From: Kiritimatiellia bacterium
GTDB taxonomy: Bacteria; Verrucomicrobiota; Kiritimatiellia; RFP12; UBA1067
Assembly (NCBI GenBank): GCA_050949565.1
Contig: JBMNFY010000008.1
Span: 320,001 to 384,000 of the forward strand
Length of the DNA: 64,000 nt
Reading direction: 5' to 3'
Each line of letters opens with the position of its first letter. Within the stretch, counting starts at the first letter, position 1. Below, in pieces: positions 34,130 through 44,426 of the stretch. The notes under the pieces were generated by a model that had not been told where the DNA came from, made no database searches, and was given only the letters and a program-made list of their open reading frames with translations. Both the position numbers and the translations under genes were made by a program.

Positions 34130-35074
34130 TTATTTTTTCAGCGCAGCGCGGCAGGCGTCGAGCTGGCCAGCCGAGCCAAGCAACACGTTCTTCTCCGCAA
34201 TGAACTTCGCATACTCCGGCATGAAGATCTTGCCGGGGCCACGCAGGTCGAACTGCTCGGGATGGTCACGGAAGAACTCGCGGTGTACGCGGCACCAGAC
34301 CAGACGCCCGTCGGTATCGATGTTGATCTTGGTCACGCCGAGCTTGGCCGCGCCGAGGAACTGCGAGGCGTCCACGCCGCTCGCGCCCTTGATCGCGCCG
34401 CCGGCCGCGTTGATACGGGCGACCTCGTCCTGCGGCACCGAGGAGGAGCCGTGCAACACCAGCGGGAAGCCGGGCAGACGCTTCTGAATCTCCTCCAGAA
34501 TGTCAAAGCGCAGCTTCTGATCGCCCTTGAACTTGAAAGCGCCGTGCGAGGTACCGATCGCAGCGGCCAGCGAGTCGCAGCCGGTCTGCTTGACGAAATA
34601 CTCGGCCTCTTCGGGCTTCGTGTAGACGTGCTCAGCGGACGAGACATCCTCTTCCACGCCCTTGAGTTGGCCCAACTCGGCCTCGACCACAATGCCCTTG
34701 GCGTGGGCGGCGTCCACGACGCGCTTGGTGATCTCGATATTCTTCTCGAGCGGATAGTGCGAGGCATCGATCATTACCGAGCTGTAGACGCCGGAGGCGA
34801 TACAGTCCATGCAGGTCTCCTCGTCGCCGTGGTCCAGATGCACCGCGAAAACGGCGTCGGGGAAGATCTTGTCGGCCGTGGTCATCAGCGCCTCAAGCAT
34901 CAGCTTGTGCGTATACCCGCGCGCGCCCTTGGAAAGCTGCACGATGAAGGGGGCTTTGCTGTCGACATTGCCTTGGAACAGGCCCATGGTCTGCTCAAGA
35001 TTGTTGATATTGTACGCGCCGATCGCATACTTGCCGTAAGCGTGCTGGAAAAGTTCTTTTGTGGTGACGATCAT
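34130..35074 (-). CDS. fba: Fructose-1,6-bisphosphate aldolase class II
   Basis: HLDHG, SSVMIDAS, EAELG, GTSHGAFKF, LVLHGSS, KINIDTD. Confidence 0.96.
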   Translation of the reverse strand: MIVTTKELFQHAYGKYAIGAYNINNLEQTMGLFQGNVDSKAPFIVQLSKGARGYTHKLMLEALMTTADKIFPDAVFAVHLDHGDEETCMDCIASGVYSSVMIDASHYPLEKNIEITKRVVDAAHAKGIVVEAELGQLKGVEEDVSSAEHVYTKPEEAEYFVKQTGCDSLAAAIGTSHGAFKFKGDQKLRFDILEEIQKRLPGFPLVLHGSSSVPQDEVARINAAGGAIKGASGVDASQFLGAAKLGVTKINIDTDGRLVWCRVHREFFRDHPEQFDLRGPGKIFMPEYAKFIAEKNVLLGSAGQLDACRAALKK

Positions 35075-35152
35075 GGCTGACTCCTTAGTTAAATCCGGCC
35101 GGTCCGGCCTGCGACACGCAGACGCGCCGATACCGCGAAAAGATGGCTCTAT

Positions 35153-35181
35153 ACTATACGGTTTGCGGGGCCGGGCGGCAA
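35153..35181 (-). promoter_or_regulatory. Putative sigma70 promoter of fba-nifJ
   Basis: Minus strand TTGCCG-N17-TATAGT. Confidence 0.55.
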
Positions 35182-35213
35182 GTCCAAACCCTCCGTGCGC
35201 GCGTCGCGCGGAT

Positions 35214-35276
35214 TTAGGATTTAGGAATTAGGAGTTAGGAATTAGGAGTTAGGAATTAGGAGTTAGGATTGAGGAG
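35214..35276. repeat. Heptamer tandem repeat TTAGGA(A/G/T) x8 plus one degenerate unit
   Basis: Read directly; alternating ttaggaa/ttaggag units. Confidence 0.95.
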
Positions 35277-35340
35277 TTCTGCGAATATGTGTAGAATTAA
35301 TGCCAAACACAAATGAGAAGTCCTCATTGGAAGAAATCGA

Positions 35341-36309
35341 ATGAAGAAGTCGGTTGTATACTGTCTGGCCGCATGGGCGGTTGTTGGTCTTGTCTCGGGC
35401 GCGCGGGCGGAGACGGTCTTTGCGGACTTTACGGTGCCGGGGCTCGTGCGGCCGGTTCATTATTTCGCGCCTCATGCCGTCGCGCAGGGGGATGTCTGCC
35501 AGACGGCGGTCATCATCGTTCATGGCTGGGGCGACGGCGTGGAGCTGCCGGCTGAGGCGCCGTCCTTCGTAGCGGCGGCTGAACGGCTGACGGGAGCCGT
35601 CCCCTATGTGGTCGCGCCAGTCTTCCCGACAAAGCAAACAATGGCGAATTTCAAGCTGACGGACGACGGACGCGCACGTTGGTGCGACTCGATGTCCAAG
35701 GCGACGGGCGACTGGTGCTCGCCGACAGATGACTGGCGTGGCGGCGGCGATGCGGTCGGCACGCAAATGAGTTCGTTCGATGTAATCGACCGGCTTTTCG
35801 CGGTGCTCGGAGACAAGGCGAAATATCCAAATCTGCGCCGCGTTGTCCTAACGGGATTTTCGGCAGGCGGGCAGTTTTCCGGCCGTTATGCGGCAGTCGG
35901 CAAGGGCGTCGTAAACGCAGATGTCCGCATCGACTATGCGCCGATGGCACCATCGACCTGGCTGCGGCTTGACGAAGACGTTTCGTGGCTCTACGGACTG
36001 AAGGATCGGCCGCGGTATGCGGCCGGGCTGACGCGGGCGGACATTCTAAAGAATCTGGCGTCCCGTCGGCAGTGGAACGCCTGTGGCAAAAAGGATCTCC
36101 TCAAGCGTCCGTATACGTCACTGGATGCGACGCCCATGGCCTGCGCGCAGGGCGACAACCGCTACGACCGCTTCCTCAACTTCCGTGCCTACGTGAAGGG
36201 CTTTCCAGATTGGGGTCGTCAGTCGTCCTTCCACACCTTTGAGGCGCTCGGCCACGAATACAAGCGGGCTTTCGCCGATCCAGCACTTGTCGCGTTCTGC
36301 TGTAACTGA
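35341..36309 (+). CDS. Secreted alpha/beta hydrolase
   Basis: Signal peptide, IIVHG, GFSAGGQF nucleophile elbow, C-terminal GH. Confidence 0.8.
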   Translation: MKKSVVYCLAAWAVVGLVSGARAETVFADFTVPGLVRPVHYFAPHAVAQGDVCQTAVIIVHGWGDGVELPAEAPSFVAAAERLTGAVPYVVAPVFPTKQTMANFKLTDDGRARWCDSMSKATGDWCSPTDDWRGGGDAVGTQMSSFDVIDRLFAVLGDKAKYPNLRRVVLTGFSAGGQFSGRYAAVGKGVVNADVRIDYAPMAPSTWLRLDEDVSWLYGLKDRPRYAAGLTRADILKNLASRRQWNACGKKDLLKRPYTSLDATPMACAQGDNRYDRFLNFRAYVKGFPDWGRQSSFHTFEALGHEYKRAFADPALVAFCCN

Positions 36310-36317
36310 GAAAAATC

Positions 36318-37439
36318 ATGCAAACCACATCGAACAAACCTAACCGTCTCCTCTCGCTCGACATTTTGCGCGGTATCGACATCTTTATGCTCGCGGGGGG
36401 GCACTTCATCCTGCGCGGGCTCACGAACCTCGGTGCGTTCGGCAAAGGCGAATTTGCTGACGCTATGCGCCGTCAACTCGCGCATGTGCCGTGGGAAGGG
36501 TTTGTCGCATGGGATCTCGTGATGCCGCTCTTTCTGTTTATGGCGGGCATCGCCCTGCCGTTTTCGCTCGCAAAATACCAAACCTCTACCAAGACCTATC
36601 TCCGCATCTTGAGACGGGTCGTTTTGTTATGGATTCTCGGCATGGTGGTTCAGGGACGGCTGTTATCGCTTGACCCGAAAAAAATCTCTCTCTATTCCAA
36701 CACGCTCCAGGCGATCGCGGCGGGCTATCTCGTGACCGCGCTCATTTTCATCAACATCAAGAACAACCGCTGGCGCGTTTTCGTTGCTGTGCTGTTGTTC
36801 GTGGTGTATTGGGCAGGCTTTACGTTTTTTGGCGATTTCACCCCCACGGGGAACTTTGCCGAAGCCATCGACCGTGCGGTCCTGGGACGCTGGCGGGATG
36901 GCGTGACGTGGAAGGACGGCGTGTGGAGTTTTTCCCCTAAATATCACTACACATGGATCTGGAGTTCGATCGGCTTCGCGCTGACCACGCTCGCCGGAGC
37001 GTTTTCGGGCTTGATGTTAAAGGGCGAAGCGTGCGCCAAAAAGGCTTTGCACCTCTTCCTTTTCGGTGACGCGCTGGTTGTTGCCGGCCTTCTGCTTTCG
37101 TTGCAGACGCCGATCATCAAGCCGATTTGGTCGGCTTCGATGGTGCTGTATTCTGGCGGGATTTGCGCCGTGCTGATGACCCTCACCTATTGGTATATCG
37201 ATGTCAAAGGCAAGGGCAAATGGCTTTACTGGTTCAAAATCTACGGCATGAACTCAATCTTCGCCTACGTGGTCTCACACGTCATCTCGTTCCGCTCGGT
37301 TTCGGAGTCACTCTTTTTCGGTTTCGCGCGTTTCCTCGAAAAGCCCGGTTATGATTTCTTGCTGGGGGTTTCCAACGCCGCGATTCTGTTTGTAATGCTC
37401 GTGATGCTGTATCGGAAGAAGATTTTTATCCGCGTGTGA
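36318..37439 (+). CDS. HGSNAT-like (DUF5009) membrane acyltransferase
   Basis: RLLSLDILRG, WDLVMPLFLFMAG, PIIKPIWS, GMNSIFAY; multiple TM segments. Confidence 0.85.
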   Translation: MQTTSNKPNRLLSLDILRGIDIFMLAGGHFILRGLTNLGAFGKGEFADAMRRQLAHVPWEGFVAWDLVMPLFLFMAGIALPFSLAKYQTSTKTYLRILRRVVLLWILGMVVQGRLLSLDPKKISLYSNTLQAIAAGYLVTALIFINIKNNRWRVFVAVLLFVVYWAGFTFFGDFTPTGNFAEAIDRAVLGRWRDGVTWKDGVWSFSPKYHYTWIWSSIGFALTTLAGAFSGLMLKGEACAKKALHLFLFGDALVVAGLLLSLQTPIIKPIWSASMVLYSGGICAVLMTLTYWYIDVKGKGKWLYWFKIYGMNSIFAYVVSHVISFRSVSESLFFGFARFLEKPGYDFLLGVSNAAILFVMLVMLYRKKIFIRV

Positions 37440-37444
37440 GATTA

Positions 37445-37698
37445 CTAACGCGGGCGGAGCCCGCAACCCAAGCTAATTAGTGCGTTAGTGCATTAGTTTG
37501 TCCGGGGGGTGCTACCCTCAAAAAACCTTCGTGCCTCTGTGAGAGAAAAACAGAACCATGAAACACATGAAACTTCATGAAAACTGAAGCCTTTCCTTTG
37601 CGTTCTCTGCGTTCTTTGCGGCCATTTATGTAGCCATGCCTATTCGATTCGCGACAATTCGCATCATTCGCGGTTAAAACTCCGTCGCCAACCGATTA
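37445..37698. repeat. Composite intergenic repeat element with several triplet modules
   Basis: GCATTAGTTTGTC and GTGCCTCTGTGAGAGAAAAA shared with 52390-52460; triplets CATGAAA, CT(T/C)TGCG, ATTCGC; ends ACCGATTA. Confidence 0.8.
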
Positions 37699-37719
37699 CG
37701 GGCTTTTTCAACAGCGTTC

Positions 37720-37749
37720 TTGACCCCTATCGTCCCAATTCAGTATAGT
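37720..37749 (+). promoter_or_regulatory. Putative promoter of tRNA-Ser
   Basis: TTGACC-N18-TATAGT, 16 nt upstream of the tRNA. Confidence 0.55.
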
Positions 37750-37765
37750 GAGGCCACTTTTTCTC

Positions 37766-37855
37766 GGAGAGGTGGCAGAGCCTGGTTGAATGCACATGAC
37801 TCGAAATCATGCGTGCCGCAAGGTACCGGGGGTTCGAATCCCTCCCTCTCCGCCA
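37766..37855 (+). tRNA. tRNA-Ser (anticodon CGA)
   Basis: GGAGAGG acceptor stem pairs with CCTCTCC-GCCA; anticodon arm CATGA-CTCGAAA-TCATG; long variable arm; GGTTCGAATCC T arm; encoded CCA. Confidence 0.97.
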
Positions 37856-37898
37856 TCTAACCAAACTTGCGGGCGAAAGTCTGCAAGCATGAGAACAC

Positions 37899-39710
37899 AT
37901 GCAACACTCTGATTCCCGTGAGCGGCGCAACCGCAGCCCCCGTCCTCCTTTCCGTCGTCGTAAGCGCCATCCCGGCCTTGCCGAACGCGAACTGCCGCGC
38001 CAGCCCCCCAAACCCAAGGGCGAACTGCCCGACGAATTCGCGACGAGTGTCTTCGGCCTGGTCAACCCCCTTTTGCAGCACGCTGTCGCCGAGGAAGGTT
38101 ACCTCACCCCGACGCCGATCCAGGAGAAGGCCATCCCCCATCTGCTCGAAGGACGCGACTTGATGGGCTGCGCGCAGACCGGAACCGGCAAGACGGCGGC
38201 GTTCCTGCTGCCGATCCTGCACCGTCTGGCTGCCAATCCGAAAAAGGTTGAAAACGGTCGCCCGCGTGTGCTGATCCTCGCGCCGACACGCGAACTCGCG
38301 GCGCAGATCGCGGACAGCACCGCGACCTACGGCAGGTTCCTCGGCATCCCGTTCGCCGTGGTCTTCGGCGGCGTCAGCCAATACCCCCAGGTCAAAGCGC
38401 TCGGTCGCGGCGCCGTGCTCGTCGTAGCCACGCCCGGCCGTTTGCTGGACCTTATGGAGCAGGGCCACCTCACGCTTGATGCGGTCGAAGAGTTTGTGCT
38501 GGACGAGGCAGATCGTATGCTGGACATGGGCTTCCTGCCCGACATCAAGCGTATTCTCGCCAAACTGCCCGAACAGCGGCACACGCAATTTTTCTCGGCG
38601 ACGCTCTCGCCCGATGTCCTGCGCCTGGCGATGTCCATGGTCAAAGACCCGGTCCACGTCACCATCTCGCCCGACCAGCCGACCGTCGATAAGATCAACC
38701 AGAAAATACTCTTTGTCGACAAGCCCAATAAAGTCAGCCTGCTGATCAGCCTGCTGGCCACACGCCCCGAGATGGAGAAGGTCATTGTCTTCGCGCGTAC
38801 CCGCCACGGCTCTGACAAGATCGTGCGCAAGCTGGATGACGCCGACATTCGCGCCGAAGCCATTCACAGCGACAAGACGCAGCGCGCCCGCACCAATACG
38901 CTGGAGGCGTTCCGCAAGGGGCGCGTGCGCGTGCTGGTGGCGACCGACATCGCTTCGCGCGGTATCGATGTGGACGGCATCACGCATGTCGTAAACTTTG
39001 ATCTTCCCGAGGAAACGGAATCCTATATCCATCGCATCGGCCGTACAGCGCGCGCCGGTGCCGAGGGTGTCGCCTACTCTTTCGTAAGCGCAGAAGAACG
39101 CGGCCTGTTGCGCGCGATCGAACGCATGATCCGCAAAGAGATTCCGATCGACACCGCGCATGAATTTCATTCCGAGCGTGCGGAACGCGCCGCCGGCAAG
39201 GGCGGAGCAGACAGCCTGCCGCAGCCCTCTTGGATGAAATCGAAAAAGGATCGTCCTGATGCGTCGCGCCGTCCGGATCGCCGCGGGCGACCGCCGCGCT
39301 TCCAAGGACGCGCGCAACCCGACTTCCGGCGCAGGCCCGATGACGTGCCGCACACCAGCGAGCGTGATGCGGCATCCCGTCCGGACAAAGCGCGCAAACC
39401 CGCGCCTGCTCCGCATCGGGAAAACGCCGTGCAAGCCGACGATGCGCCGCGCTGGTACGACAAACCCCTCCAGAAGCGTTCGAAACGCCATGAACAAAAA
39501 GGCGAACGTCGGCCCGCCGACACCAGGCCCGCTGACCGCGAGCGTCCGCCGCGTGATGACGACATGCGTGGCGACCGCCCCGCGCGGCCTTTCCGACCGC
39601 ACCTTGGTGACAAACGCAAGCCGCGGAGCGGTGGTTTCAAGGGTGGTCGTTTCAAGAGCAGCGGCGGTCCCAAGGGAAACACTGGCTTCAAACCTAGAAA
39701 GAGCAATTGA
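37899..39710 (+). CDS. DEAD-box RNA helicase (RhlE-like) with a long basic C-terminal tail
   Basis: PTPIQ, AQTGTGKT, PTRELA, TPGRLLD, DEAD, SAT, RGIDV, HRIGRTAR. Confidence 0.95.
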   Translation: MQHSDSRERRNRSPRPPFRRRKRHPGLAERELPRQPPKPKGELPDEFATSVFGLVNPLLQHAVAEEGYLTPTPIQEKAIPHLLEGRDLMGCAQTGTGKTAAFLLPILHRLAANPKKVENGRPRVLILAPTRELAAQIADSTATYGRFLGIPFAVVFGGVSQYPQVKALGRGAVLVVATPGRLLDLMEQGHLTLDAVEEFVLDEADRMLDMGFLPDIKRILAKLPEQRHTQFFSATLSPDVLRLAMSMVKDPVHVTISPDQPTVDKINQKILFVDKPNKVSLLISLLATRPEMEKVIVFARTRHGSDKIVRKLDDADIRAEAIHSDKTQRARTNTLEAFRKGRVRVLVATDIASRGIDVDGITHVVNFDLPEETESYIHRIGRTARAGAEGVAYSFVSAEERGLLRAIERMIRKEIPIDTAHEFHSERAERAAGKGGADSLPQPSWMKSKKDRPDASRRPDRRGRPPRFQGRAQPDFRRRPDDVPHTSERDAASRPDKARKPAPAPHRENAVQADDAPRWYDKPLQKRSKRHEQKGERRPADTRPADRERPPRDDDMRGDRPARPFRPHLGDKRKPRSGGFKGGRFKSSGGPKGNTGFKPRKSN

Positions 39711-39823
39711 ACTTGCAAAGCGCTCTTTGGTTTTCAGACGAGCCGCTTGAGCAAACCGCCCAGCGATAGCCCCTGATTTTCATGAAGTTTCAGGTGTTTC
39801 ATGGTTAAAAGTCATCGTGCTAT

Positions 39824-41017
39824 TCAGCGCTGCGCCCGGTACTGCGTCATCGTCATGCCGAAGGTGCGTCGGAACACCTTGCCAAGATAACTCGCGCTGG
39901 TAAAACCGCAGGCGTGTGCGATGGCCCGCACCGAGTGGTTTGTCTCGGCCAACAGCGCGCGTACCCGCTTTAGGCGCGTTCGTTGCAGTTCGTCTTGCAA
40001 CGTAACGCCGACACACGCCCGGAACCGCATCTCCAGCGACCGGCGCGACACGCCTGAGTGTTGCACGATCTCGGGAACTCCCACCGGGTTCTGCGCATTC
40101 AGCCAGATGTACTCCAGCGCGCGCGCCACTACCGGGTCAGCGATCGGGATCGTTTCGGTCGAACGTCGCGTCACCACCTTGAGAGGCGGAAACACGCGCT
40201 CCACGCGACGCGGACGTCTCCCCCGCGCACGCCGCATCAACTGGTCCAGCAATCGCGCCGCCTCAAACCCCATACGGTCGGTATCCAGCGCGATACTTGA
40301 AAGCGGCGGCATCGTGGACCCGCAGATCAATTCATCGTTATCTACCGCCAATACTGCCACCTCGTGCGGCACGCGCAGACCGGCCATACGACAGGCGTCC
40401 AATACCTGACGCCCACGCACATCCATCGCCACGAACACGGCGGCCGGCTTGGGCAATGCGGTCAGCCAAGTACAGAGGCGTTGACGCTCGCGGCTCCAGT
40501 CCTGACGCTCATGCGCCGTCAGCGGACCGTACATCTCACACTGATGGCCGACGGCATGCACACGCGCGGCAAACGCCGCACCACGCTCGCGCGACCAGTT
40601 GATATCGTGAATCTCGCCGACAAACCCGAAGTACGTAAAGCCACGTTCCAAGTAGTAGTCGGCAGCCAACTCTCCGATCGCGCGCAGGTCCGAAGCGAAC
40701 ACGCTGTGACGCTGCAACAGGCCATCGGGCAATTGCACCGCATCCAGCGGATCAATCAACACAGCCGGCACGTCGGCGGCCAGCACGGCCTCAGCGTATG
40801 CGCGGTTTTGGATCACGCCGATCATGCCGGAGCCGTTCCAGCCTTTCAGCGCCGGCAGTCGCTGCTCGCCCGCGCGTCCCTCGGCCACATGCAGGCTCCA
40901 TGGACCGTGGATCTGCTCATACCGCAACACTCCGCGCAAAATATCGCGGTGTGCCTGCTCGTTGGTCTCGAACAGTAAAGCGACCTGTGGTGGTGCCGAT
41001 AGATACTGGCGTGTCAT
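39824..41017 (-). CDS. XylR-type regulator (periplasmic-binding-like domain plus AraC HTH)
   Basis: WSRERG, LPKPAAVF, VPHEVAVLAVDND, PPLSSI, RRSTE, C-terminal AraC HTH. Confidence 0.92.
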   Translation of the reverse strand: MTRQYLSAPPQVALLFETNEQAHRDILRGVLRYEQIHGPWSLHVAEGRAGEQRLPALKGWNGSGMIGVIQNRAYAEAVLAADVPAVLIDPLDAVQLPDGLLQRHSVFASDLRAIGELAADYYLERGFTYFGFVGEIHDINWSRERGAAFAARVHAVGHQCEMYGPLTAHERQDWSRERQRLCTWLTALPKPAAVFVAMDVRGRQVLDACRMAGLRVPHEVAVLAVDNDELICGSTMPPLSSIALDTDRMGFEAARLLDQLMRRARGRRPRRVERVFPPLKVVTRRSTETIPIADPVVARALEYIWLNAQNPVGVPEIVQHSGVSRRSLEMRFRACVGVTLQDELQRTRLKRVRALLAETNHSVRAIAHACGFTSASYLGKVFRRTFGMTMTQYRAQR

Positions 41018-41168
41018 GGATTACGCAAAATTACCATAAAAGGGACGCGGTGTCATGTCCTGAAGGCTATTGGCAGTCTTGGACATATCGGCTACAATTC
41101 TATCGCCATTGAGACAGGAGAATCTTGAACGTTAAACTCAGGAATACGCAGACAGGAGAGCCACGGCT

Positions 41169-44100
41169 ATGAAAAAGACCGTTCTGTGTGGAAGATCGGA
41201 AGCAGGAAAAATGTGCGTCGCGCGAAACGTGAAACGGATGCGGGACATCATAGCCTGCGGTGTCCTCTGGTCGCTGTGCACGGGGTTGAGTATCGGCACG
41301 GCGCGAGCTCAGGATGTACCGGTGACGGAAGTCGTCACAAACGGCACCGTGATTACATTCAACGTGAAAGGTGGTGACACGCTTCAGTATGACGAACTTC
41401 TCACCGACTCCACCACCGCCCTCCACAAGTACGGCTACGGCACGCTTGTCATCACGAACAACAACCAGTCTTATACCGGCCCTACCACCATCCACGCCGG
41501 CATTCTCAAGATGTGCCACCAGTGTGCGCTCGGATTGCCCGAGGGCGGTTCCGACCAGGCCGCCACAGGGCACCCGATCACGGTGGAAGACGGCGCGCAG
41601 CTCTACACCGAGCAGCCGTGCGTAAATCAATCTTTCCGACATATCCCGCGTCGGGCCGTCTTGTCGGGCAGTGGTCCGGGGGGGGACGGGTGCGCTTGTG
41701 TGTAACGGCATATCGTCGGCCTCTTGGGCAAACAACGACTCCTGGATGTATTACATCGAACTTGCCGCTGACGCAACCGTACGAACAGTCAAGTTTCGTT
41801 ACGGTCTCAATAACACGGATCTAAAAGGGCACACACTCATGATCGACGGCGACGGAACCATCGCGTTCACCGGCCTTCAGAACAAAAGCGCCGGCACGCT
41901 ACATCTAAAGAGATGGACGACTGTTCAAAATCCAATGACGTGTGCCGGGGGAGCGGATGGACGGTTTCTGGTTGACGGAAACCAACTGAACTTCTGGAGC
42001 GGCGATCACCAGCTTGTCTGGACAACCGTGTTCACGAACAATGCATCGGCGAGCGCAAATGGAACATGGACCAGCGGGGGACGAAACACGCTGCAGGGAC
42101 CGGTCGTTTTCGCGGGGCCGACAGCGTTCTATCAGCAAAACGCCACGGCCGACCACTCCTTCAAGATCACGGGGCCCATTTCTGGTCCGGGCAAGATGAC
42201 CGTGAGCGGGACGCGCCTTGAGGTCGTGTTGAATAATACAGCGAACACGTTCACCGGGCAGGTGGCGATTGCAAGCGGCGTCTTGAGGGCCGAAACGCCG
42301 CAGACGCTGCCCGATTACGACCAGACGTCGAAGGTCACCCTGAGCTCGGGATCGGCCACGCTGCGTTTGCCTGTGGGTGAGGGCGGCTGGGACGCGGCGA
42401 GCTACAATGCAGCCGTTTCGGCTGTGACGTACGCAAGCGACGGCGGCGGACGCGTTCTGGCCTGGACGGATGCGGGCGTGACGACCGAATGGGACGCGGC
42501 GACAGCGTTCTCCGGTCCCTTCCTCGCGCACGGTGGCGCGGGGAGCCTGTCGTTCGCCGGAACCGTGCCGAATGATGCCTCTACAAAGATCCAGAACTGG
42601 GGCGGCACGTTGACATTGACGGGCAACCGTACACGCTACATGAAAAATCTTCGGGCCATTGCCGGCACACTGATTCTCGACGATGCCGGCACCCTTTATT
42701 CGTGGGACGTGAACGAGAACGCTGCAGGCGCATGGCACCGGGTGGGCGGATTGGGGTCGTCAACCATCGACGGTTTGGTGCTCACGGCACCGACGCGCCT
42801 TGTCATGAAAAGTGGATCGACGATCATCGGCCCCATGGCGTATTCAGGGAAGGTGGGCGTGTCCCTCTTCATCGGCGAACGCGGGAAGCAAGGCGCCATT
42901 TTCGAGATCCAGAAGGGCGCGGTGTTCACGAACAAGGTCACTGTAGGCTATGACGTTTCCGAAAAAGGTGCCGTCCATCAGTTCGGCGGCGAGGTCTACA
43001 ACACCACCGACGGCGGTCATGACACCTATCTGGGGCGGGCGCAGGATTCGTACGGCTACTACGGACTCTATGGCGGGCACTACGCACTCCGCAACTGGTT
43101 CGGGCTGGGACACGACATCGCCTCGACAGGCGTCTTCGAGCAGCGGGGCGGTGTCTGTGAATTCGCAAGCATGTGCGTCGGGCGTGGCGGCTGGTCGTCC
43201 TTCCTGATGGCGGGTGGCGAGGTGCGCGGTAGTGTGCTCACTGTCGGCAACCAGTTCTACGGCAATCCAGGAGGAGGAGGCATGGCCACCTTCACGATGG
43301 CGGGCGGCGATGCGTACATGACACTCAGCGGGAGCCTAGCGTTGAACGAGCGCACGAATGATTTCACGTCCGTCGCGAATCTCAACGCGGGCGTGATCGA
43401 GACACCGAAGATTGAGTGGAGCACCCGTTACCTCACCAACCGCAAGGACAAGAACAATACGCATACCTATCTGAACTTCAACGGCGGCACGTGGAAGGCC
43501 ACGCAAGACACCACCGCCCCATTCGGCGTAGGCGACTCGCTGGTGGAGCGCGTGACCGTGTTCCCAGGCGGCATCGGCGTGGACACGGCCGGAAAGAACG
43601 TCACGCTCAACTCGGGACTGCTGCGACCGGAAGGGCGCGGCGTCGCCTCAATCACATTGCCGTCAGACATGGACAAGACCGGCTATGTCGGTTCGCCCGA
43701 CGTGCGCATCACGGGCGGCGGCGGTACAGGCGCGACGGCATTCGCGCTCTACAACCCGCAAACGCTCTCCGTCACGGGCGTTGTCGTGACCTGCGCGGGT
43801 TGGGGCTATACGAGTGCACCTACGGTGATGATCCCCTCGGGCGACCGCACCACCAATACCACGTTCACGGCCGTCCTCACAGCGGCGGACCAGACTGCGG
43901 GTGGCATCACGAAGAAAGGCGCGGGCACGCTCACGCTCGCGTGTACCAACCAACTCGACGGCCCCACCGTAGTGCAGGCGGGCACGCTGGCCGTGGCAGA
44001 TGCGAAGGCGCTGCCGCTGGCGGCCGACCTGACGCTGGGCGCCGGCGCGGTCTTGGACAACACCTGCGGCACCCTGCTCACATTCACTCCTGCCACGCTG

Positions 44101-44421
44101 ACGGGACTGGGCGGCGAACTGAAGGGTGCGAACCTCACGGTGGGTTCGACTTGGATGCTGCCTGCGGACGACCTCGCTACCAACGCGGTCATGACGCTGA
44201 ATGGCGCACTGTCATTCGCGGACGGCGCGGTTGTGAGCGTGTCGGGCGAGGCATCGCTCGCGACCAAGACGCACGTCTTGGTGAGGACGACAGGCGGTAT
44301 CACGGGAATGCCCGACCTCGACCTTACGACACTGAATAACGACAAGTATTGGCAACTCGCCCGCGACGGCAACAACCTAGCGCTGATCTATGCGGCAGGT
44401 ACACTGATAATGCTACGGTAG
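41169..44421 (+). pseudogene. Secreted passenger-repeat beta-helix protein split by a +1 frameshift in a G8 tract (ORFs 41169-41705 and 41671-44421)
   Basis: PATR-like repeats in both parts (LHKYGYGTLVI, ITKKGAGTLTL); G8 at 41678-41685; G7 restores SGSGPGGTGALV; ends AAGTLIMLR. Confidence 0.8.
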
Positions 44422-44426
44422 AGGCC

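Noticed and set aside
35214-35276. Telomere-like or eukaryotic contamination (TTAGG...)
   Set aside because: The period is 7, not TTAGGG; it is embedded in bacterial intergenic DNA and recurs at two other loci
37766-37855. tRNA-Ser as an integration site for a genomic island
   Set aside because: I saw no duplicated tRNA 3' end and no integrase in the window
37857-39602. 581-aa minus-strand ORF
   Set aside because: Antisense shadow of the DEAD-box helicase
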